Source of the DNA: Pseudanabaena sp. UWO311
GTDB lineage: Bacteria; Cyanobacteriota; Cyanobacteriia; Pseudanabaenales; Pseudanabaenaceae
DNA: 64,000 nt
Direction of reading: 5' to 3'
Assembly (NCBI GenBank): GCA_943371975.1
Contig: CALRWX020000001.1
Coordinates: 24,725-88,724 of the forward strand
Shown here: in pieces, positions 56,314 to 64,000 of the stretch
Layout: every line of letters starts with the position of its first letter
How positions within the stretch are numbered: position 1 is the first letter of the stretch
Program-made: the position numbers and the translations under genes
Notes under the pieces: model-generated
Told to the model about the DNA's origin: nothing
Database searches by the model: none
Seen by the model: only the letters and a program-made list of their open reading frames with translations

Positions 56314-59265
56314 TCATGATTCGCCAGCCGCCTCTTGTTGGAGATAAAGTGTGTAATACAGTCCACGTTTTGCCATCAAATCAGGATGGGTTCCTTGTTC
56401 CGCAACTTGTCCCGCATCCATTACCAAAATCAGGTCAGCGGTGTGGATCGTCGCTAGGCGATGGGTGATAAAAAAGACAGTGCGCCCACGAAATTCTTCG
56501 GCAAGGTTGAGACAGACTTGACGCTCGGTATTGTAGTCTAAAGCGCTAGTTGCCTCATCTAAGATGAGTAATTGTGGCTTTTGTAAGACAGTGCGGGCGA
56601 TCGCAATCCTTTGTCTCTGTCCCCCTGAGAGGGCTGCCCCACGCTCACCAACCCGTGATTCATAGCCTTGAGGTAACTGCATAATGAATTCATGGGCGCA
56701 AGCTACACGAGCTGCTTCCGTGATTTCTTCGGGCGTGGCATCAGGATTAGTCAGTGCAATATTTTCTTGAACCGTACCATCAAAGAGCAAAGTATCCTGT
56801 AGAACTACGCCAATCTGACGACGCAGAGAATAAAGCTCAACTTTATTAACATCATAATCATCCACGAGAATGCGTCCTGACTCTGGCTCGTATAGTCGCG
56901 ATAGTAACTTCGTGAGAGTACTCTTACCCGCACCGCTAGCACCCACAACCCCAACAAACTTACCTGCAGGAACTTCTAAACTGACGTTATTTAGTTGGAG
57001 TTTCCCATTCGGAACAAAGCGAAAATGAACATTCTCATATCTGACTGCGCCCATAATTGCAGGCATAGGAATATTACGCCGACCTGCTTCTTCTTGCTCT
57101 TGAGGGTGATTGATAATATCGCTCAGTCTTTCAAGGGAGAGGGCAGTCTCTTGGAAGTTCTGCCAAAGCTGAATCAATCGCAATAGCGGCGTAGTCGTAT
57201 AACCTGCAATAATCCGAAAGGCGATTAACTCGCCAAGACTTAATTTATTAGCAAGTACTAGATAGGCTCCAACCCAGAGCAGTAGCAAGTTTGACAATTG
57301 GTTGAGAAATTGGCTAGTTGCTCCCGCAGTAGTGGAAGTCACAACGTTTTTAAAACCTGCGGAAACATAACGAGCATATCGACGTTGCCATTCCCATCGT
57401 GATTTTAACTCAATGCTTTGAGCCTTAACTGTTTGAATCCCTGAAACGACTTCTACAAGGTAGGATTGAGTAGTGGCATTACGTTCTGCCTTGGTTCGCA
57501 ATTGTCCGCGAATAATTGGCGACACAATAAATGTGAGCAAAGCGAATAAGGGGACTGTTCCCAGCGCTACTAGGGTCAACAACCAGCTATAGCAAATCAT
57601 TACAACGATATAAATCACTGAGAAAACTGCATCTAAAACAACAGTCAGGGCAGTTCCTGTGAGAAATTGGCGAATATTCTCTAGCTCACCAATGCGACTA
57701 GATAATTCCCCAACTGATCGCTTTTCAAAATAGCTCAAAGGTAATCGCACAAGGTGATCAATAGTTTCGGAGCCAAGGGTTAAATCGATACGGTTGGTGG
57801 TATTAACAAAGAGATAGGTTCGCAAGGCACTAATGACGGCTTCAAATACGAAAATCGTCACAAGGAGAATACCCAGAGTATTCAGCGTTGCAGGGGCGTT
57901 TTGGATAATTACCTTATCAATAATTACCTGTGTGATCAAGGGATTTGCTAGCCCTAGTAATTGCACAAAGAAAGAGGCGATTAATACCGTAATTAAGGTG
58001 TTTTGATAACGCTTTAGGGATGGTAAAAACCACGATAGACCAAACTTGAGTTGGGGTGTATCCTTGGTTGGTTGAACTAATAAAACTTGTCCTGAATCAC
58101 CCCAAAGATCGGCAAATTGAGAGGTTTTTTTAGTAACGATCCCTTGTTCAGGAATGCCTAAAATCAGTTCGCGATCGCTGGCCTTGTAAAGTACTGCAAA
58201 GGTATCCTGCCAAGGTAATAAAGCAGGTGTTGGCACTTGAGCAATCAATCTAGCAGGAATCGATAGTAACTGTCCATTTAAGCCCATCAGTTCAGCAATC
58301 GCCCCACATAGCTGCAATGACAATTTAGGAGATCGAGCAAATTGACTATCGATGGCACGCTTGACTACATGGCGATAAAAAGGCATTTGCCAATACCTCG
58401 CTAACATTTGGAAGCAAGCAAGGGAAGCATCAACGGGACCACGACCATAAAAATGCGGATAATCAGTACCTTTGGGATTAGTTATCTCTCCAACCTTCGG
58501 TAATTCAGGAGCGTAGGGAATATCTAAAGCAGTTAGTACTGGCATTTCCTTCACGACTTCCACTTTGACTGCAAAATTATCTCGCAAACCGATTAAACGA
58601 ACATTCCCCTCCTGCGAAACTTCAAGGAAGTCATTGTCATTTACAGACTCAATGCGACTACCCACGGCTGCGCCGAAATGATCACTACCACTAACTAGCC
58701 ATACAAAATCGCGATCGAGTTTAGACAAAGGCATTTTACCTGCTGTCAAGGTCATCACCGATGCCCCTGGTAAGGCATCACGCGCTAGCTGTGCTAAATT
58801 AGCAGGAATCTGCGCCCGCCGAGCCATTTCTGCGGCAAGGAGATCGAATACTTCGATCAAGCCCACTTTGTTTGTAAAAGCAGCTTTAAACGCAGGATTA
58901 CGATCGCAAAATTGCAAAAAATCTGATGCTTCTAATGCTAAACAGGTACTTTCTATAGAAGAAATTATCCTTTCACAAGGTACGTTACGAATTAGGCTCA
59001 CCCAACCCATGACCGCCCTCGGTTTAAGAATCTCTAAAGTATCCGATGATGTTGCTTTGGGAACTTGTCCCAGTAACCTTGCTTGTCCCTCCATCAAAAA
59101 TAGAACCTGCGCTGGCATCGTTTCTCGACGTAAAATCACCTGTCCCATGCCATAGCGTAAAGGCTGGACTCGTTCGCTTAATTCTTTTAAAGTCAGGCGA
59201 TCAACCGCTTGTAACTCTGGCACAAGCGAGAGAAAGTCTTGAATGGAAGGTATTATAGATGTCAT
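56314..59265 (-). CDS. type I secretion ABC exporter with an N-terminal cyclic-nucleotide-binding domain and a degenerate C39-like domain
   Basis: 983 aa. cNMP-like beta-roll (RYGMGQVILRRETMPAQVLFLMEGQARLLG). The C39-like region has A at the catalytic Cys position (VDASLACFQML) and T at the catalytic His position (DTFAVLY). There are 6 TM segments, Walker A GASGAGKST, signature LSGGQRQR and Walker B LLILDEATSALD. Confidence 0.9.
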   Translation of the reverse strand: MTSIIPSIQDFLSLVPELQAVDRLTLKELSERVQPLRYGMGQVILRRETMPAQVLFLMEGQARLLGQVPKATSSDTLEILKPRAVMGWVSLIRNVPCERIISSIESTCLALEASDFLQFCDRNPAFKAAFTNKVGLIEVFDLLAAEMARRAQIPANLAQLARDALPGASVMTLTAGKMPLSKLDRDFVWLVSGSDHFGAAVGSRIESVNDNDFLEVSQEGNVRLIGLRDNFAVKVEVVKEMPVLTALDIPYAPELPKVGEITNPKGTDYPHFYGRGPVDASLACFQMLARYWQMPFYRHVVKRAIDSQFARSPKLSLQLCGAIAELMGLNGQLLSIPARLIAQVPTPALLPWQDTFAVLYKASDRELILGIPEQGIVTKKTSQFADLWGDSGQVLLVQPTKDTPQLKFGLSWFLPSLKRYQNTLITVLIASFFVQLLGLANPLITQVIIDKVIIQNAPATLNTLGILLVTIFVFEAVISALRTYLFVNTTNRIDLTLGSETIDHLVRLPLSYFEKRSVGELSSRIGELENIRQFLTGTALTVVLDAVFSVIYIVVMICYSWLLTLVALGTVPLFALLTFIVSPIIRGQLRTKAERNATTQSYLVEVVSGIQTVKAQSIELKSRWEWQRRYARYVSAGFKNVVTSTTAGATSQFLNQLSNLLLLWVGAYLVLANKLSLGELIAFRIIAGYTTTPLLRLIQLWQNFQETALSLERLSDIINHPQEQEEAGRRNIPMPAIMGAVRYENVHFRFVPNGKLQLNNVSLEVPAGKFVGVVGASGAGKSTLTKLLSRLYEPESGRILVDDYDVNKVELYSLRRQIGVVLQDTLLFDGTVQENIALTNPDATPEEITEAARVACAHEFIMQLPQGYESRVGERGAALSGGQRQRIAIARTVLQKPQLLILDEATSALDYNTERQVCLNLAEEFRGRTVFFITHRLATIHTADLILVMDAGQVAEQGTHPDLMAKRGLYYTLYLQQEAAGES

Positions 59266-59392
59266 ACAAACGTTTATGAAACGATTTTGATGTAATGCTG
59301 CTTTTTGAAAAAGGTAAATTTTTTACGGCTTAATCTTGCCATACTTTGACGTAAAGTGTTGATAGATAAATAGAATGCTAGCGATTGTTAAT

Positions 59393-60121
59393 TTATACCA
59401 TCACAAATGTTGCCATTTGTTGCGCCACATTTTCTTCTAACCATTTACTAAATCCTTCATCAATTAACCGTCGCTGCATTGCTTCATCAAGGATTGCTGG
59501 CAACAACTTCTCAAGCCTTACGACGACGATCAAATCACCGATTACAGCGGGAGGCTGCACCTGTCCCGCGTCACTGGAAATCAACATGGTTCCTAAATTA
59601 GGATGAATCGAACCAATCTCTACAGGCCCAATCAATCCTCCCGTTTGTGATTCTGGTCCTTGTGAGTATTCCCGTGCTAGTTCGTCGAAAGACTGCTCTC
59701 CTTCTTTGATCCGAAAGTACAATTCTTGAGCAATACAAGGATCTTTAGTGCAAATTAGTGAATAAATAACGCGATCTAGTTGTTTTTTGCGTTCCAAAAA
59801 AACGGAATTAACTTTACCTCCCCATGTTTCCTGTTTAAACTTTGTTAACTTTAACGATTTTTCGGCTCGTTTTTCTAAATCGATGCGGGTCATCCCTTGT
59901 TGTTTTAGCCAAATCCTCAACTTTTCATCTGCGTCAATTCCTAATTGTTGAAAAGCCTGTTGATGTGCATTTTTCTGATCTTCGGGGGTAAGCGATATAT
60001 CAGATGTCACGCGATCGAGTGTCATTTCTCTGACCAGTTGAGGCAACATACCATAAGTGACCAATTTCTCAACCAATATTTCTGCTCGAAATTTACCTCC
60101 ATTAATTTCTACTGCTTTCAT
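59393..60121 (-). CDS. parvulin-type peptidyl-prolyl cis-trans isomerase (no signal peptide seen)
   Basis: 242 aa with a SurA/PrsA-like N-terminal helical part and a C-terminal rotamase segment (FDELAREYSQGPESQTGGLIGPV). Confidence 0.75.
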   Translation of the reverse strand: MKAVEINGGKFRAEILVEKLVTYGMLPQLVREMTLDRVTSDISLTPEDQKNAHQQAFQQLGIDADEKLRIWLKQQGMTRIDLEKRAEKSLKLTKFKQETWGGKVNSVFLERKKQLDRVIYSLICTKDPCIAQELYFRIKEGEQSFDELAREYSQGPESQTGGLIGPVEIGSIHPNLGTMLISSDAGQVQPPAVIGDLIVVVRLEKLLPAILDEAMQRRLIDEGFSKWLEENVAQQMATFVMV

Positions 60122-60563
60122 ATAGTATATAAGATTCTAGCTTCTTGTTTTCTTACATAATATTATCAGGCTGTATGGGGCAAGATTTTTATATAAACAA
60201 ATGCCAAGCAGTCGCCCATCATCATAAATTAACGATCGCGCACGGCTTCACATCAAAAGTAGCTTGCCTTCAACTCAGTGATACTAGTCCCTTGCGAATA
60301 CCAACGATCGCTGCTAGATAATCAATCCGTTCTAGAAGTTCTTGTTATGTTCCTATTATGTTCCTAGGGGCATTTTTCAGGTGTTTTGAGTGATTAAAAA
60401 AAGCCAAATAGATTTTCTATCTGTTCATTTGGAATGCTATCAAATTCTTGTAATAGTAATTATTTAAGGGTCATCGCACCTTAATTCAACCAACGATCGC
60501 CCCCCCTCAACCTCACAAATCGACGATTATTTGTAAAAATCAAATAGCTTTTTTTGAGAGAAA

Positions 60564-61067
60564 CTATCTAACCTTAAATTTGACTGAATCTGTTGTATAA
60601 ATTTTATCATTCCATCTATAAGTTACAACAGCATCAAGTTCTTTCCAGTCTGCAAAGCCATTAGAATTAGTTAGATGAAACCCTTGCTCTAGAATCTGTA
60701 ATCCACCTAGATCAAAGGCACTTAATACCTTTGATATTAGAATTTTATGATTATTAGACTGACGGATCTCGATTTTGGTAAGATTAGCAGCGATGTTATC
60801 TAAGCTCAGATTTTCTACTTTAATCCTAATCACAACATGTCCAACTGGATGTCCTAATGAAGCCCCAGGAGGAGGGACAAGATCTTCATAAGCCTCGAGA
60901 AGAGTAAAGCTGAGTCGGAAGGGAAGTGTTTGAGGATTCTGAGTCATAGTTCTGAGTTGATAAGTAGAGATTTCATTCAATCGCGGTGCTAGCGGTAATG
61001 AGGTGACGGATTTGAGATTAGTCGATACCCATACCCAAAACAAATCAAGCATAAAATATACCATCAA
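60564..61067 (-). CDS. hypothetical protein (167 aa, or 127 aa from the ATG at 60945-60947); I recognise no family
   Basis: An ORF between the calpain-like gene and the PPIase gene. The composition looks beta-rich. The start is ambiguous (MMVYF... or MTQNPQ...). Confidence 0.5.
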   Translation of the reverse strand: MMVYFMLDLFWVWVSTNLKSVTSLPLAPRLNEISTYQLRTMTQNPQTLPFRLSFTLLEAYEDLVPPPGASLGHPVGHVVIRIKVENLSLDNIAANLTKIEIRQSNNHKILISKVLSAFDLGGLQILEQGFHLTNSNGFADWKELDAVVTYRWNDKIYTTDSVKFKVR

Positions 61068-61102
61068 ACTTTTAATAATTTCGATGCTTACCAGACAAGA
61101 CG

Positions 61103-61140
61103 AAAGCCTATTCAGAAAGTTTCGGTTCTGAATAGGCTTT
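61103..61140 (-). terminator. stem-loop 30 nt downstream of the calpain-like gene
   Basis: aaagcctattcagaa agtttcgg ttctgaataggcttt, with a weak T-run. Confidence 0.5.
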
Positions 61141-61169
61141 TAGCTCATTAGGTTTACTCAGTCTTAGGG

Positions 61170-63908
61170 TTAAGCAATAGCAACGCCAAAGTTAAAGGCA
61201 CTACGGAACTCATCTAAGCTCAAATCAATGAATCCATCGCTAGCATTACCACTAGCTGTTCGTCCATCTACGCCCCAAGGGTTACGTACTACCACACGCT
61301 GCTGATTACTAGAGTTGACATAAGCATTTGTCACCGAGTAAGCATGACCAGAAACGATGAACGCGGTATCAGCAGAGCCAACACGTCCCGTCTCTACAGC
61401 TCGTCCGCTACTAAGGGCAGTTTGCAGTTGAGTGAAAGTGACACTACTTGCATTGTAGTTGTTCACAGTCCTTCCTGTAATAAATGACAAAGGATTCACT
61501 AGATTGTCTCCATTACCAATACGGTTATAGCCGGGAGTACCTTCTCGCCCTTCCAGCCATTGAGCATATGCACGCTCAGCCAGAGGAACCCACAGTGCAC
61601 GACTAGCGCTAGCACCAAACAGCTGCCCGTTATATGTTGCCAGTCGGTTATCAACAGTTACATACTGAGCACTGCCATTGGAGTAGAAACGGAAAGTATA
61701 AGACTGGATTCCTGACACAGAATCTACACCATTGCTCTCGATCATGCTATTAATCACAGAGCTAGATTGGTTCCCAGCGTCATTAGATTGCGCGCCGAAA
61801 GTTGAACCCAATGCTGCTAAGAAAGCGCAATCACCAAAACTACCTTGATTAATATCACCAATCCGAGCTTGTCCAGAACTGCCAAACAAGTTACCTTGTA
61901 CTGCTGTGTGTGCGAAGGTGTAGTTATTAAAAACGGCAGTAGGGGCTACTGTTCCTAGGAACCAACGACCGACCAGACTAGACTCAAATTGACTAGCCGA
62001 AATATTGGCAGATGCACCATTAGCAACTTGTGTCGCTAGATATGTCACAGAATCAGTTAAAGCAAAGCGAGTGGAGTTAGCGACAATGGCACGTAAATCA
62101 GTAACCTCAGTTGCATCAACAACTCCTCCGTCTTCAGCATTGCGGAAGATAGAAAGAATATCATTACGACTCAAACTACCATCGGCAGCGAGAGAACGGG
62201 TTAAGCTGATAATTTCCGCATCACGGAGATTTTGGGTATACCAGTCGGTAGGTGCAGGTGCAGGTGTAGGTGCAGGTGTAGGTGCAGGTGCAGGTGTAGC
62301 TGTTAAAGCGAGGTTGTAGTTGGTATTGCCACTATACTGATAAACTCGCGCAAAGTAATTACCAGCAGCCAGAGTACGGTTAATTGTGTCGGCTGTTGTA
62401 CCACCATTGATAGAACGTTGTAGCACCTCACCTGCATCAACAATCCCATTGTTATTCAGATCTTGAATTAGCTCTACATCCGCATCTGCACTTAATCCGT
62501 TGAGGGTCAGATTAAAGGTGCTTGGGGCATTGACTGAGAAGCGATAGAAGTCGTTGGTGTCTCCAGTACCTACCCAGTCACTGAAGCTCTGTGTACCACT
62601 TAATGTACCAATGTTACGTGCCGCACCAAGTGTGTTACCTGCACCATCAGCCATAGCTGTAGCTGTTAAAGCGAGGTTGTAGTTGGTATTGCCACTATAC
62701 TGAGAGACTCGCGCAAAGTAATTGCCACTACCCAGAATACGGTTAATTGTGTCGGCTGTTGTACCACTATTGTTAGAAAGTTGTAGCACCTCACCTGCAT
62801 CAACAATCCCATTGTTATTCAGATCTTGAATTAGCTCTACATTCGCATCTGCACTTAACCCGTTGAGGGTCAGATTAAAGGTGCTTGGGGCATTGACTGA
62901 GAAGCGATAGAAGTCGTTGGTGTCTCCAGTACCTACCCAGTCACTGAATCTTTGTGTACCACTTAATGTAGCAATGTTACGCGTCGCACCAAGTGTGTTA
63001 CCTGCATAATCTACAGCCGCCGCACTGACGGTGTAGGTTCCTCTATCAGTTGTCGAGGAAGCACGTGCGCCTAGGTAATAAGTACCCGTATAGCCAGCAG
63101 TGTATGTGATTAGAGAGTTGCGATTGCCGCCACTGTTATCATTGGAGGCTATTGCCACACTAGAACTATTAAACAGGGTTAGGAAAGGATCTCCGAGAGT
63201 TGTAAGGTTTTGACGAAACTCATAGGTTGTACCTGCGACTAGGTTGACACGGAACCAGTCTGTATCTCCTCCAAAGTTAATTGTTCCTGATATAGCTCCA
63301 CCAATGTTGACAACCCCTGTTGTTGTTGCATTCCCCGCATAGTCAATATTTAGTTCCGCAGAGGTTCTCTGACCATTAATAGTGATAAACCCAGTATCAT
63401 CTTCGCTTCTGATGCGAGCTAACTCAGAAGCACTGAGAGACTGACCAAAGATCAAATTGCTTGCAAGCTCGCCTTCATCACCCCTAGTATCTGCTCCTAC
63501 GAGATCATCTAACCAATGAAAAGTCTCTTCGACTAGAACACCTGCTGCACCCAAAAACGAATTAGATGGCGCAGCATTGGCTCGAAATAGTACATCAGAA
63601 AGGTAGACTGTCCGATTTAAACTGACATAGGCTCCAAGAGCCTCATTTGCATTAGCTGCCGAAAGTATTTGGACAGACGGCAATTGACTAAAATCACCTA
63701 CCGACCATTGCGATCGCACTGCTCGCAGTTCAGACGTATTTGCTTTATCTCCAAAAACCTGTGCGAACAGGTCAGGGTTACTTGCCGATTGCTGAAGCCT
63801 TTCCCTAACTAAACCTAAGACATCTGGAAGCTGATTTGTCCCAAAAATTGAAGCATCCGCTCCACTGCTCACCCCAAAGGTCGCTCCTGAATTCTGACTA
63901 CCAAACAT
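61170..63908 (-). CDS. large multidomain calpain-type (peptidase family C2) cysteine protease, probably secreted without a Sec signal
   Basis: 912 aa with no signal peptide. N-terminal VLVEETFHWLDD...GDEGELAS module, then three pre-peptidase-C-terminal-like domains (GDTDWFRV; 2x GDTNDFYRF) and a PAPAPTPAPTPAPAPT linker. The C-terminal catalytic domain carries QGSFGDCAFLAALGS (Cys), SGHAYSVT (His) and VRNPWG (Asn). Confidence 0.85.
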   Translation of the reverse strand: MFGSQNSGATFGVSSGADASIFGTNQLPDVLGLVRERLQQSASNPDLFAQVFGDKANTSELRAVRSQWSVGDFSQLPSVQILSAANANEALGAYVSLNRTVYLSDVLFRANAAPSNSFLGAAGVLVEETFHWLDDLVGADTRGDEGELASNLIFGQSLSASELARIRSEDDTGFITINGQRTSAELNIDYAGNATTTGVVNIGGAISGTINFGGDTDWFRVNLVAGTTYEFRQNLTTLGDPFLTLFNSSSVAIASNDNSGGNRNSLITYTAGYTGTYYLGARASSTTDRGTYTVSAAAVDYAGNTLGATRNIATLSGTQRFSDWVGTGDTNDFYRFSVNAPSTFNLTLNGLSADANVELIQDLNNNGIVDAGEVLQLSNNSGTTADTINRILGSGNYFARVSQYSGNTNYNLALTATAMADGAGNTLGAARNIGTLSGTQSFSDWVGTGDTNDFYRFSVNAPSTFNLTLNGLSADADVELIQDLNNNGIVDAGEVLQRSINGGTTADTINRTLAAGNYFARVYQYSGNTNYNLALTATPAPAPTPAPTPAPAPTDWYTQNLRDAEIISLTRSLAADGSLSRNDILSIFRNAEDGGVVDATEVTDLRAIVANSTRFALTDSVTYLATQVANGASANISASQFESSLVGRWFLGTVAPTAVFNNYTFAHTAVQGNLFGSSGQARIGDINQGSFGDCAFLAALGSTFGAQSNDAGNQSSSVINSMIESNGVDSVSGIQSYTFRFYSNGSAQYVTVDNRLATYNGQLFGASASRALWVPLAERAYAQWLEGREGTPGYNRIGNGDNLVNPLSFITGRTVNNYNASSVTFTQLQTALSSGRAVETGRVGSADTAFIVSGHAYSVTNAYVNSSNQQRVVVRNPWGVDGRTASGNASDGFIDLSLDEFRSAFNFGVAIA
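62251..62298. repeat. hexanucleotide microsatellite (ggtgca/ggtgta x8) encoding the PA/PT linker
   Basis: Direct reading. Confidence 0.9.
62297..63006. repeat. tandem duplication, period 363 bp (121 codons), two copies about 95% identical
   Basis: I aligned 62297-62643 against 62660-63006 by eye and found about 17 mismatches in 347 bp. The mismatches cluster in three short patches. Confidence 0.9.
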
Positions 63909-64000
63909 AGTGTATATTTCCTGTTAGCTTAGATCGCGTAACCCCGACTCTCCTATGGCGATACTATAGACAATATCCTCAGTCAGCGTCTGTGATTTGA

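Noticed and set aside
59266-60563. Small double-glycine-leader peptide genes that would be substrates of a C39-type exporter
   Set aside because: Manual translation of both spacers on the minus strand gave only ORFs of 19 aa or fewer, with no GG/GA cleavage motif. The exporter's C39-like domain also appears catalytically dead.
62251-63006. Regularly spaced repeats that could superficially resemble a CRISPR array
   Set aside because: There are only two long (363-bp) coding repeats plus a hexamer microsatellite, all in frame within the protease ORF. There is no short-repeat/unique-spacer organisation and no cas genes.

Overview
This 64-kb window looks like a cyanobacterial chromosomal segment. 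The evidence is a very high density of the HIP1 octamer GCGATCGC, plus chlI, a cyAbrB regulator, an Omp85/Toc75-type bamA-lpxC-fabZ-lpxA operon, a 1719-aa TamB/TIC236-type gene and DUF3598. I call about 50 protein genes and found no rRNA, tRNA or CRISPR array. The backbone is housekeeping: glyA (3' end), gltD, gcvP, tamB, class-I lysyl-tRNA synthetase, purC, tkt, chlI, thiL, argC, tatD, a cysteine desulfurase, dCMP deaminase and an amino-acid ABC permease. Five parts are accessory or unusual. (1) A HIP1-depleted block at about 7.5-13.7 kb looks G+C-richer. It carries an output-less dCache protein, an orphan solute-binding protein, an AEC transporter and a 658-aa LarA-N-like protein. (2) At 17.7-21.1 kb there is the 5' half of a diversity-generating retroelement: an FGE/CLec target with a VR-like 3' end plus avd, but no TR or RT in the window. 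Next to it is a hicBA cassette bracketed by 50-bp direct repeats. (3) An IS630-family transposase remnant lies at about 38.0-38.4 kb. Two small TA-flanked MITEs are present, and one splits a DUF4258 toxin gene; removing it in silico restores the reading frame. (4) At 54.7-63.9 kb there is a type-I secretion pair (HlyD plus an ABC exporter with a cNMP domain and a catalytically dead C39-like domain). It sits next to a parvulin PPIase, a small orphan ORF and a 912-aa signal-peptide-less calpain-type (C2) cysteine protease with a 95%-identical 363-bp tandem repeat. (5) Several families of dispersed hairpin repeats are present, and one of them supplies the last ~22 codons of the cysteine desulfurase. 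All family names come from my own reading of motifs in the translations. No database search was run.
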